Source of the DNA: Vicinamibacteria bacterium
Lineage (GTDB): Bacteria > Acidobacteriota > Vicinamibacteria > Marinacidobacterales > Marinacidobacteraceae
NCBI GenBank assembly: GCA_964291235.2
Contig: OZ219816.1
Span: 1,984,001 to 2,048,000 of the forward strand
DNA: 64,000 bases
Direction of reading: 5' to 3'
Positions 9,571 to 18,678 of the stretch are shown piece after piece. Each line of letters begins with the position of its first letter. Position 1 is the first letter of the stretch. The position numbers and the translations under genes were made by a program. Below the pieces are notes generated by a model. The model searched no databases, was not told the DNA's origin, and saw only the letters and a program-made list of their open reading frames with translations.

Positions 9571-11511
9571 ATGCCCAGCCCGTTTCGCGTGACCCTGTCG
9601 GCACTCTTGGCCGCCGGAGTCAGTATCGCCGCATTCGGCCAGCCGCCCCCGGCGCAGCCTGCGCCAGATCCGCAGGAAAGCCAGCAGGAGATACAGGACC
9701 GGCTGGCGGATCGGGCGCACCGGATTGCCGCCGAGGGCGAGACCGCGGGGGAGAAGGCGCGGCGGGCCATCGCCGCCGCCGATCGGCTGCCACGGGACGC
9801 CGGCACTACCGACGCGGTCGGCAGGCTCCCCCGCCGCACTCTGGTGGACGAGGTCCTCGGTGCGCAGCAGGAGGCGCTCGGGATTCCCCACGCCCCGCCG
9901 TCTTCCGACACCGCATTCCTGCGGCGAGCAACGCTCGACGCCACCGGCCTGATCCCCTCCCCCGAGCAGGTTCGCGCCTTCCTCGCCGACGACTCCCCCG
10001 ACAAGCGGACTCGGCTGGTGGACGAGCTGGTCGGCAGCCAGGAGTTCGCCGAGCAGTGGGCCTGGTTCTTCGGCGACCTGTTCCGCCTCGCCCACCAGGT
10101 AGGCGCCGTCCGCAACCCCTTCCAGAGCTGGATCAAGGAGTGGCTGACGACCGACCGGCCCTACGACGAAGTGGTGCGCGACCTGCTCACCGGAGTCGCC
10201 AAGGCCCACGGCAGCGTCCCCTCCCTCGCCTTCATGGCTCGCTCGCATCAGGCCAAGAGCCGGATCGTGATGAGTCCGGACGACTATTCCATCCACAACC
10301 GGTTGGACGCGATCGACCAGTTCAACGTGGACGTTTCGCGGATCTTTCTGGGAATCAACACCTCCTGTATCTCGTGCCACGACGGCGCCGCCCATCTCGA
10401 GCCGCTGAACGAATGGCTCTCGAAGCGGACGCGCGAGGAGTTCTACCGGCACTCGGCGTTTCTGGGCCATGCACGGCAGATCACCACCTGGGACGACCGG
10501 TCGAAGAACGTGGTGGTGGACCTGCTGGTAGATGACCTCGCCAAGGGTTATGACACCGGCGACGACGCCCCGTACCACACGCTCTCCGAGGGCCGCTTCC
10601 CGCGTTTTGAAGGACTGGCCTACGAGCCGGCCTTCATGCTGACCGGGGAAACGCCCGATCCCGGAGAAAACCCGCGCGACGCGCTGGCGCGGATGCTGAC
10701 CGATCACCCGCAGTTCGCGCGCGCCACCGTGAACCTGGTCTGGGGCAAACTCATGACGGTCGCCTTCGTGGAGCCGTACAACGCTTTCGACCTCGATCGC
10801 ATGGGTCGGCTCGCGGCCGGGGAAGAGGATCCCCTGCCCTCACGTCCCTTGAATCCCGAGCTCATGAACGCGCTGGCCGAGGACTTCCGAAGCAGCGGTT
10901 TCAGCTTCTGGCACCTCGTCAGGACCATCATGAAGTCCGAGACCTACGGGCTCTCCCCGCACTTCGACAAAGACTGGGACGACGCCTGGACCGGCTACTA
11001 CCCGCGCCGCTACGTCCGGGTGCTGACTGGGCCGGAACTCGTGGATTCGCTGGCGCGCGCCACCGACGTCCCCACCGAGTTCGCGTTCGCGGGCACGACC
11101 GTCGAGCGGGTCAAGGAACTCACCAGTCCCTCCGACCTCGGAGGGCGACGCGGACGGGGTGAGGGCGCCGAAGTGGACGCTCTCATGCAGAGCTTCTTCC
11201 AGAGCAACCGCATGACGCCCGCTCCGGTGGGGAACCGGGGCTCCATCCTGCAGGCGCTCCTGATGATGCAGTCCGGGGTCGTGAACCGCCGCGTCTCCAG
11301 TGAATCCGGAGGACGGGTAGCCGACCTCCTCGCCTCCGACAAGGGTGACAGCGACGTGGTCAACGAGCTGTTTCTGGGAACACTCGGACGCCTGCCCACG
11401 GCGTCCGAGGCGGAACTCGGCGCCGAGCGGATCGCCGCGGATCGCCAGCAGGGCACTCAGGACCTGCAGTGGGCGCTTCTCAACTCTCCGGAGTTCCTCC
11501 TGAACCACTGA
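9571..11511 (+). CDS. DUF1549/DUF1553 (PSD1-type) domain protein with one CxxCH heme-binding motif
   Basis: Signal peptide; FLRRATLDATG, CISCHD, HPQFARATVNLVW and DLQWALLNSPEFLLNH motifs. Confidence 0.88.
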   Translation: MPSPFRVTLSALLAAGVSIAAFGQPPPAQPAPDPQESQQEIQDRLADRAHRIAAEGETAGEKARRAIAAADRLPRDAGTTDAVGRLPRRTLVDEVLGAQQEALGIPHAPPSSDTAFLRRATLDATGLIPSPEQVRAFLADDSPDKRTRLVDELVGSQEFAEQWAWFFGDLFRLAHQVGAVRNPFQSWIKEWLTTDRPYDEVVRDLLTGVAKAHGSVPSLAFMARSHQAKSRIVMSPDDYSIHNRLDAIDQFNVDVSRIFLGINTSCISCHDGAAHLEPLNEWLSKRTREEFYRHSAFLGHARQITTWDDRSKNVVVDLLVDDLAKGYDTGDDAPYHTLSEGRFPRFEGLAYEPAFMLTGETPDPGENPRDALARMLTDHPQFARATVNLVWGKLMTVAFVEPYNAFDLDRMGRLAAGEEDPLPSRPLNPELMNALAEDFRSSGFSFWHLVRTIMKSETYGLSPHFDKDWDDAWTGYYPRRYVRVLTGPELVDSLARATDVPTEFAFAGTTVERVKELTSPSDLGGRRGRGEGAEVDALMQSFFQSNRMTPAPVGNRGSILQALLMMQSGVVNRRVSSESGGRVADLLASDKGDSDVVNELFLGTLGRLPTASEAELGAERIAADRQQGTQDLQWALLNSPEFLLNH

Positions 11512-11515
11512 GGGG

Positions 11516-12934
11516 TTGAATATGTGCACCTGCGAGCCCCGCGTCGCCGATCTCCTCCCGGCCCGCCGGGAAGTCCTCAAGATGGGCGGGCTGGCGCTCG
11601 CCGGATCCTTCGTCAACCAGGTCGTCTGGCCACTCAAGGCGCACGCGAACGGGAAGACGAATCCGCGGCGCACCGCCCGCTACTGCATCTTCATCGAGAT
11701 GGGCGGCGCGATCAGCCCCATGGATACCTGGGACTTCAAGCAGACCCGCTGGACCCCCAAGGATCTGGACATGGTCCAGATCAACGATGAGGTCTCACTG
11801 TCCCGGGCCCTCTTCCCGACGCTCGTGGACCGGGTGGACGAGGTCGCCTTCGTGCGCTCGATGCGGGCTCCGGAGCTGATTCACTTCAACGGGCAGTACC
11901 ACACCCAGACCGGCCGGGTGCTGAACGTGGCGCTCGCCCGTGAGGTCCCCGCTTTCGGGAGCATCATCGCCGCCGAACTCGACAAGGAGCGGCGCGAAAC
12001 GGACAGCTTCCCGACCTATGTCAGCACCTATCTCACCCGGGCGCGCGCCGGATCCATCGGGGCAGGCTTCCTGCCCACGCGGTTCTCCGGCCTCGACCTC
12101 GACCCGACCACGGTCTTCGACTCGTTTGGGGGCAACGTGGAGGGCAGCCGGCGGGTGCTCGAAGAGCGCTTCCGCCTGCTGAACCGGCTCGCCGAGGTCT
12201 CCATCCCGGAGCGGGCCTCGCTCGGGGACAAGGAAAACGACTATCGGGACTACTACAAGTCCGCCTACGGGCTGCTCACCGACGAACGTTGGCCGAAGCT
12301 CTTCGTCGCGAGCGATCAGGACAAGGCGCGCTACGGTGAGGACGAGTTCGGTCTCGGCTGCATCCTCGCGCGCAACCTGCTCGAAGCCGACGCCGGCACC
12401 CGCTTCATCTACATCTACGACGGGGACAAGTGGGACCACCACGCCGGCATCTTCGACCGCTCGCGCACCTGGAACCATTACACGACCTGCCCGCGGCTGG
12501 ACAAGGGGTTCACTTCGCTGCTCACCGACCTCGGCGCCCGCCCGGGCAGCGAACCCGGTACGACTCTCCTCGACGAGACGCTCATCGTGGTCACCAGCGA
12601 GTTCGGCCGTACCCCGGAGATGAACCCGGTGGCCGGCCGCGACCACTACCGCTTCGCCTACACCAGCATGTTTGCGGGGGGAGGGGTCCAGGGTGGCCGG
12701 GTGGTCGGCAAGACCAACGAAGACGGTTCGGAAGTCATCGATCCCGGCTGGAAGCATGACGGGCAGCCGTTCATGGACAACACGGTGGCGACCATCTACT
12801 CGGCGCTGGGCATCGACTGGAAGAAGGTGGTCCACAACACCCCGTCGGGCCGCGAGTACGTGTACGTGGATTCGGTCTCGCTCGGCGGGTCGGAGATGAT
12901 GTTCGCCGACGAGATCGCCGAGATCTTCGCCTGA
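11516..12934 (+). CDS. DUF1501 domain protein (Tat-exported)
   Basis: ARREVLK twin-arginine motif; GGAISPMDTWDFK, WDHH, SEFGRTP, GRDH and FAGGGVQGGRVVG motifs; canonical partner of DUF1553. Confidence 0.9.
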   Translation: MNMCTCEPRVADLLPARREVLKMGGLALAGSFVNQVVWPLKAHANGKTNPRRTARYCIFIEMGGAISPMDTWDFKQTRWTPKDLDMVQINDEVSLSRALFPTLVDRVDEVAFVRSMRAPELIHFNGQYHTQTGRVLNVALAREVPAFGSIIAAELDKERRETDSFPTYVSTYLTRARAGSIGAGFLPTRFSGLDLDPTTVFDSFGGNVEGSRRVLEERFRLLNRLAEVSIPERASLGDKENDYRDYYKSAYGLLTDERWPKLFVASDQDKARYGEDEFGLGCILARNLLEADAGTRFIYIYDGDKWDHHAGIFDRSRTWNHYTTCPRLDKGFTSLLTDLGARPGSEPGTTLLDETLIVVTSEFGRTPEMNPVAGRDHYRFAYTSMFAGGGVQGGRVVGKTNEDGSEVIDPGWKHDGQPFMDNTVATIYSALGIDWKKVVHNTPSGREYVYVDSVSLGGSEMMFADEIAEIFA

Positions 12935-12990
12935 TCCGGACTTCGCGGTACCGCCCGAAAGATCCCCAAAAGCGTTCCGGACCGGCGGCG

Positions 12991-13878
12991 ATGGGCACAC
13001 GGCGCCGGCTCCCCGCTCTCGCGGGGCTCGTGACCGGCGTACTCTTGATCTGGCCCGTCATCGGGACGGAGGCGGCGGGAAACGACCCTCCCGAGCCGCA
13101 TTGCAGCGACGACCGCGCGGAGAACATCTGCTGGGTTCCGCCCGGCGACTTCTGGATGGGGAGAACCCGACTCTGGCTGATTGACGAGATCCACTGGCAG
13201 ACCCGGGACCGCGTGGACGCCCGCCCGGTGCACCTGGTGACGCTCCCGGGCTTCTGGATCGACCAGAAGGAGGTCACCCACGAGGCCTATCGGAAGTACA
13301 CCCTTTCGACCGGACTGCCCGAGCCGTTCCACTGGCGACAGGAATTCCCGGAGGAGAAGGCACAGTTCCCGGTGTACAACGTGAATTGGAGCGAAGCGGG
13401 CGAGTACTGCGCATTCCGGGGAAAGCGGCTGCCGACGGAGGCCGAGTGGGAAAAGGCGGCACGGGGCGGGCTCGTGGGAGCGCCCTGGCCGTGGGGCGAC
13501 CAGTACCGGCCCGATCCGGAAGAGGGGGCCCCCGAGGGAACGCGGGTGCCGCCACCGGCCCGCGTAGCCCACCCCGCGTCGCCGACGGACGTGGGATCGT
13601 TTCCTCCGAACGGCTACGGCCTTTACGACATGGTCGGGAACATCGCCGAGTGGGTGGCGGACGGCTACGACCTCGGGTACTACGCAGTGAGCCCGCCGGT
13701 GGACCCGCGCGGGCCCGAGAACGCACCCTACCGGATCTTCCGGGGCGGGAGCTGGGCGGATGCCGACGAGCGGATCGCCAGCGTCCATTACCGGAACTTC
13801 ACGAGACCCGACACCAGAATTCACAGCATCGGCTTCCGGTGCGTACTCGACCACTCCCAGGAAGGGGATACCGAATGA
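12991..13878 (+). CDS. Formylglycine-generating enzyme (SUMF1/FGE-sulfatase) family protein
   Basis: RLPTEAEWEKAARGG, NGYGLYDMVGNIAEW, RGGSW and GFRC motifs; signal peptide. Confidence 0.9.
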   Translation: MGTRRRLPALAGLVTGVLLIWPVIGTEAAGNDPPEPHCSDDRAENICWVPPGDFWMGRTRLWLIDEIHWQTRDRVDARPVHLVTLPGFWIDQKEVTHEAYRKYTLSTGLPEPFHWRQEFPEEKAQFPVYNVNWSEAGEYCAFRGKRLPTEAEWEKAARGGLVGAPWPWGDQYRPDPEEGAPEGTRVPPPARVAHPASPTDVGSFPPNGYGLYDMVGNIAEWVADGYDLGYYAVSPPVDPRGPENAPYRIFRGGSWADADERIASVHYRNFTRPDTRIHSIGFRCVLDHSQEGDTE

Positions 13879-14897
13879 CCAACACACCAACCAACGGAAT
13901 GAGACGCCGCGAAGCGCTTCGGCGCATCTCGGCCGGCACCGGCGGAGCGGCGCTCGGCGCCGCCGGAGGGGCGGCCTTCGGGAGCGGAGCGGCGGGCGCC
14001 GCCTGCGCTCCGGCGGGTTCTCAGGCCCCTTCGGATCCCGGCCACCGCTTCCGTTCGATGCTTGCCGGCGGGGACCCGGTGATCTGCCCCGGCGCCTTCG
14101 ACATCATTTCGGCGCGACTGATCGTCGAAATGGGCTTCAAGACGCTGCTCCTCGGGGGTAGCGCCGGTTCGGCCGCGAACTTCGGGGTTCCGGACTACGG
14201 GCTCGCCTCGATCACCGAGCTGATCGAAATGGCCGCCCGGATCGCCGACAGCGTTCCGGTTCCGGTCTTTGCCGACGCCGATGATGGGGGCGGCAGTCCG
14301 CTGGCGGTAGGCCGGGCAGTCCGGGGCTACGAACGGGCGGGGCTCGCCGCCGTGATGATCGAGGACCACGTGCAGGCGAAACACCTCGGCGAAGGGGGTG
14401 TCCTGGTCGAGACGGCCTACATGCAGGACAAGTTGCGGGCGGCCGTGGACGCCCGGAAGGGAGGAATGATGATCGTCGCGCGCTGCGACTCCGTTTCGAT
14501 CGGACAGAGCGAGGCGGAAGCAACGGAACGGGGCGCCGCCTACGTGGAGGCCGGCGCGGACCTGCTCTTTTTCGCCGGACTCCCTCCAGAGAGCATGGGC
14601 CGGGTATCGGAGGCTTGCGGCCGGCCGGCGATCGCGAGCGTCCACGACACCCCGATGGCGACGCTCAGGGAAAACAACGTGCCTCTCGTCCTCTATGCGG
14701 GACAGATGCTCCGACTCGCCCTCGGCGCGATGCGGCAGGGGCTTCAGGACATCCACGACGGCGCGACCTGGCCCGGCTATGCCGACCGCGCCCTGCCGGG
14801 CGATGTTTACCAGAACCTCATCCGGTCGCCGCAGTGGCGGGAGGATGCCCGCCGCTACAACCTGGTGGACGAAAGCGGCCGCCAGGTCCGGGGCTAG
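13875..14897 (+). CDS. Isocitrate lyase/PEP mutase superfamily protein with Tat-like signal
   Basis: PGAFDIISARL, GVPDYGL, ADADDGGG, IED and IVARCD motifs; N-terminal RRREALRR followed by a Gly/Ala-rich stretch; start overlaps the upstream stop (ATGA). Confidence 0.85.
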   Translation: MTNTPTNGMRRREALRRISAGTGGAALGAAGGAAFGSGAAGAACAPAGSQAPSDPGHRFRSMLAGGDPVICPGAFDIISARLIVEMGFKTLLLGGSAGSAANFGVPDYGLASITELIEMAARIADSVPVPVFADADDGGGSPLAVGRAVRGYERAGLAAVMIEDHVQAKHLGEGGVLVETAYMQDKLRAAVDARKGGMMIVARCDSVSIGQSEAEATERGAAYVEAGADLLFFAGLPPESMGRVSEACGRPAIASVHDTPMATLRENNVPLVLYAGQMLRLALGAMRQGLQDIHDGATWPGYADRALPGDVYQNLIRSPQWREDARRYNLVDESGRQVRG

Positions 14898-14956
14898 CAG
14901 CCTGTGGCAAAACCCCCGCGGCGTTCGAGTGGCGATGCATCCCGCCTGATCCGCCC

Positions 14957-14974
14957 CCCCACCGGGAGAACTGG
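14957..14974 (+). repeat. 18-bp dispersed unit CCCCACCGGGAGAACTGG (copy 1)
   Basis: Exact match to the copies at 15052-15087. Confidence 0.85.
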
Positions 14975-15051
14975 CGCGTTGCGGCGCTCTGCGTTGCGTT
15001 TCGGTCGAAATACACTCGGTATTCCTCCCTCACGCGCCTTGTCAGCCGGGC

Positions 15052-15087
15052 CCCCACCGGGAGAACTGGCCCCACCGGGAGAACTGG
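15052..15087 (+). repeat. Perfect tandem dimer of the 18-bp unit (copies 2 and 3)
   Basis: CCCCACCGGGAGAACTGG x2, flanked by GGGC and GCCTCG. Confidence 0.9.
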
Positions 15088-15274
15088 GCCTCGCCCCTCT
15101 CGGCGCTCACGGGGGTTTCACCACAGGTTGCTAGGAACGCCGGCACCCGCTGGCCGCAGGCCGGTGGAACGGTGCGTCCCCGATCGCTGCCGGTCGGCAA
15201 ACGGGTCGACCGGCTCCCCGTGACCCCCGATCACGGGAACGCCGCCTAGCCCCCGCCAACCGGACCACTCCGCG

Positions 15275-15868
15275 ATGACCCATCCTGCCCTCCCCGGCCG
15301 CCATCTCACTCCCCGGAACCGGCACGCCTGGCGCCGCTGGCTCGACGCGAACCACGCGGCCGTTGCCGAGGTCTGGGTCGTCTTCTACAAGAAGCCCGCG
15401 CAGCGTCCTGGCCGTCCTAACCTCACCTACGGACAGGCCGTCGAGCACGCCATCTGTTTCGGCTGGATCGACGGCCTCAAGCGGCGTATCGACAACGACC
15501 GCTACGCCCACCGGTTCAGCCCGCGCAAGACGGACAGCCGCTGGTCGGAGAGCAATCGCGAGCGGCTGGCGCGAATGCGGGAGCGGAACCTTATGACCCC
15601 CGCCGGCGAAGAAGCGGTCGCGGCCTCGATCCGAACGGGAGCATGGGACCAACCCGCGTTCTCGGCGCCCGCCGAAGCACCACCGGAGCTGCTCGCGGCT
15701 CTTGACGACGATCACGAGGCCCGCGCGGGATGGGAGGGGCTTTCCCCTTCCGCCCAGCGTCGCTACAAGGTCTGGATCGGGATGGCCAAACGGGACGAAA
15801 CCCGGGCCCGCCGGCTGGCGGAGAGCCTTCGGCTGCTCCGCCGGGGCGAGAAACTGGGAATGCGGTAG
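15275..15868 (+). CDS. YdeI/OmpD-associated (bacteriocin-protection) family protein
   Basis: WRRWLDANH, AICFGWIDG, FSPRKTDSRWSESN and AKRDETRARR motifs. Confidence 0.9.
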   Translation: MTHPALPGRHLTPRNRHAWRRWLDANHAAVAEVWVVFYKKPAQRPGRPNLTYGQAVEHAICFGWIDGLKRRIDNDRYAHRFSPRKTDSRWSESNRERLARMRERNLMTPAGEEAVAASIRTGAWDQPAFSAPAEAPPELLAALDDDHEARAGWEGLSPSAQRRYKVWIGMAKRDETRARRLAESLRLLRRGEKLGMR

Positions 15869-15957
15869 CCCGTGCCCGCGCACTTTGAGCTCCTTCCGGC
15901 CGGCCCGGGCGCGGCGACTCCGGAGTAGCGAAAACGAGCGGTTCACCAGCCGGAGGC

Positions 15958-17204
15958 ATGCCGCGGTTCGGGTTTTGGGCGCGGGTCTTCGGCCCGTTCG
16001 CTTTCGGGTACTTCATCTCGTACCTCCTGCGCTCGGTCACCGCGATCATCGCCCCCGACCTGGTCCGGGATCTCGGGCTGTCCGCTTTCGGGGTCGGCCT
16101 CCTGGGAAGCACCTACCTGCTCGCCTTCGCGGTGGCCCAGATACCGATCGGCGGGGCGCTGGACCATTTCGGACCACGGCGGACCAACGGAGTCCTCCTG
16201 GTGGCCGGCGCGGTGGGCTGTTTCCTCTTCGGGGTCGCCGAGTCGTTCCCGATTCTGATCGTGGGACGCTTCCTCGCCGGCCTCGGGGTCGCCGCATGCC
16301 TGATGGCTTCGTTCAAGGCATTCGTGCTCTGGGCGCCCCCGGCCCGGCTCCCGTTCCTGAACGGGTTCGTCATGGCGGTCGGGTCCACCGGAGCGCTGGT
16401 GGCCACCACCCCGACCGAATGGCTGCTCGGTCTGGTGAGTTGGCGCGAGCTGTTCGTCCTGCTCGCCGTGTCCCTGGTTGCCGGCTCCGCGGTCTTGTTC
16501 GCCCTGGTTCCTCGGGACCCGAAACCCGCTGGCCGGGACGCGCCCTCCGGCCTCCTCGCGGCCACCGTGGGCATCCGCGAGGTGGTGCGGCGGCGGCTGT
16601 TCTGGAGCATCGCTCCGCTGGGAGTGGTCCACCAGGCCACCTTCCTGGGGATTCAGAGCCTTTGGGCGGGCCCGTGGCTCTCCGGCATCGCGGCAATGGA
16701 TCGGGACGCAGTCGCAATCCACCTCCTGATCCTCGCCGTCGCCATGGTGCTCGGCTACCTGATCACCGGAGCGGTCGCGGGAACGCTCGCGAAGCGGGGG
16801 TTCTCGTCGCTCACCCTGCTGGGCGCCACCAACCTGGCGTTCACCGCTACGCTCGTGGTGCTGGCGTCCGGGTGGACGGGAGCGCCAGCCGCGCTGTGGG
16901 CGGCGTCGGGGCGGCGTTCGGTTTCTTCGGCTCGTCCGGGATGCTGAGCTTCGCGATTCTCGTGGCCCGCTATCCCTCGGGACTCGCGGGAAGGGTGACC
17001 TCCGCGCTCAACCTGCTCATCTTCGCGGCGGCCTTTTCGGTGCAGACCGGATTTGGCGCGGTGATCGACGGGTTCCGGGACGACGGCCTCGAGCTCCCCT
17101 TCGCGGGTGCCGGGTTTGCCGTCGCGTTCCTGATCGCCGCCGCCCTCCAGGGCCTCGCGCTGGCCTGGTTACGGCTCACCCGCTCCTGGCGGACCGAGAG
17201 CTAG
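15958..17204 (+). pseudogene. MFS transporter interrupted by a frameshift (11-nt duplication near 16898-16917)
   Basis: N-terminal part (LDHFGPRR MFS motif A) is in one frame to about 16900; C-terminal helices (AAFGFFGSSGMLSFAIL...GRVTSALN) are in another frame ending at 17204. Confidence 0.75.
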
Positions 17205-17648
17205 CCCGCATTTCTTATGCTCGTATCCCCAGCGCAGATCACGCCAACCTCTTGATGATTTCGGGAGACACGCGTCAGGGGCGGCCCCAACTGCGCGGAC
17301 AGCGTGAAGGGGCGGACGAGCCCCCACCGGGAGAACTGTGCCGGCCTCCATCCAGGCCGGCACAGCGAGCCGCAGGCCCGCGTTGGCATGGGCCCCGCCC
17401 GTCGGCATGGTTCCCGTCTCGGCCCGTACCCCATTCGGCTAGGTGGCCCGACCTTGTCTGTCGCCAACGTGGCCCAGTTCTGGATGTCGATTGACACGCA
17501 CGGAACCAGGAACGGTGTAACGCCCCCTGCCGCTGCGACCTCAGGGCTGGTTGGGCTCCCCGTCGGGAGCGGGACCATCCTGACACTGGGGGGCCCGTCC
17601 CGCCGCCCGCCTACGGCGGGCTGTGCCGGTCTGGAGACCGGCGCTCCC
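17202..17648. mobile_element. Non-coding composite repeat (family B): one TIR-like end plus an inverted pair of REP-like palindromes
   Basis: 17202-17315 aligns by eye with the reverse complement of 58681-58800, and 17595-17642 matches the reverse complement of 58523-58570. REP-like hairpins at about 17340-17367 and 17620-17648. Confidence 0.7.
17322..17339 (+). repeat. 18-bp dispersed unit (copy 4; CCCCACCGGGAGAACTGT), an empty predicted IS110 target
   Basis: Sits between GAGC and GCCGGCC of a REP-like palindrome; the context GAGCCCCCACCG matches both bridge-RNA target guides. Confidence 0.8.
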
Positions 17649-17652
17649 GATC

Positions 17653-18600
17653 CTACCGGGACGACAGGCTGCGGTGGACCAGGCGCACAAAGCGTTCGGC
17701 GTTCACGAACCCGGCGGCATCGGGGGACCAGCCGATGTCCGTGCCGATCCCGGTGACCAGCGCGACGTAGTCGGCAGCGGCGTCATCCTCACTCTGGCCG
17801 GCGGCGACGCGCTCGCTGATCCGCTCGCGGGCCATCTTGAGGGCCTCCGCGTACTTCATCAGGTTGGCGCGGTCGGTGACCGGGCCGTGGCCGGGAATGA
17901 TCTTCGTCTGGCCGTCGGTTGCCCCGGCGACCTTTTCCGCGGCCGCGATCAGGCCGTCAACATGCCCCCCGGAATCCACATCGATGAACGGGAAGGCGCC
18001 GTTGAAAAACAGATCTCCCATGTGGACGACGTTGGCGCCCCGGAAAAAGATGATGGAGTCACCGTCGGTATGGGCGGTGGGAGCGTGGACCGCCTCGATG
18101 GCGAGACCGTTCCAGTGCAGGGTGACGCCGTGCTCAAAGGTCACCACCGGCAGCGCTTCCGGAGCCGCCTGGTCACTGCGGCCAACCAGGTCGGCGAATT
18201 CCGCCGGGTTCATCCGCCGCCGCACGTTTTCGTGGGCGACGATCAGGCTGCCCGCCTTCCCGAGATTCTCGTTCCCCCCGGTGTGGTCGCCGTGCCAGTG
18301 CGTGTTCACCACGAAGCGCACGGGATCGGTAGTAATCGCGCGCACCGCGGCGAGGATCTTGTCGGTGAGAGGCGCGTACTGGTCGTCCACCAGCAGAGCG
18401 CCGTCGGCGCCGGTGGAGAGACCGATGTTGCCCCCGCGCCCGAAAAGAACGTGGACGCCGCCGCCCAGGTCCTCACTGGTGATCGCGACCGCGTCCCAGT
18501 CCTGGTCCTGGGCCGCCACCGGCACTGCGGCAAGCAATAGGCAGATGGCGAAGAGGGCAAACCGCCACGGGCGGCGATGGGATGGATCAGTCAGGAACAT
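17653..18600 (-). CDS. Secreted MBL-fold metallo-hydrolase (cyclase-like)
   Basis: NTHWHGDHTGGN, AHTDGD, HMGD and IPGHG motifs; signal peptide. Confidence 0.92.
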   Translation of the reverse strand: MFLTDPSHRRPWRFALFAICLLLAAVPVAAQDQDWDAVAITSEDLGGGVHVLFGRGGNIGLSTGADGALLVDDQYAPLTDKILAAVRAITTDPVRFVVNTHWHGDHTGGNENLGKAGSLIVAHENVRRRMNPAEFADLVGRSDQAAPEALPVVTFEHGVTLHWNGLAIEAVHAPTAHTDGDSIIFFRGANVVHMGDLFFNGAFPFIDVDSGGHVDGLIAAAEKVAGATDGQTKIIPGHGPVTDRANLMKYAEALKMARERISERVAAGQSEDDAAADYVALVTGIGTDIGWSPDAAGFVNAERFVRLVHRSLSSR

Positions 18601-18678
18601 GGCGAAACAAACTCCGGAAGAGGGACACGCGTGGCCACCGGGGTCCCGGCGGCCTGACGAAGGACCCGGCGAGGGAAA

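Larger units (their letters stand above)
14894..15134. mobile_element. MITE-like element (family A) with 25-bp imperfect terminal inverted repeats
   Basis: Left end CTAGCAGCCTGTGGCAAAACCCCCG; reverse complement of right end CTAGCAACCTGTGGTGAAACCCCCG; CTAG at both ends; no real ORF; shorter homologue at 52217-52301. Confidence 0.75.

Noticed and set aside
16890-16947. Programmed ribosomal frameshift in the MFS gene
   Set aside because: There is no slippery heptamer, and a simple 11-nt duplication explains the frame break.
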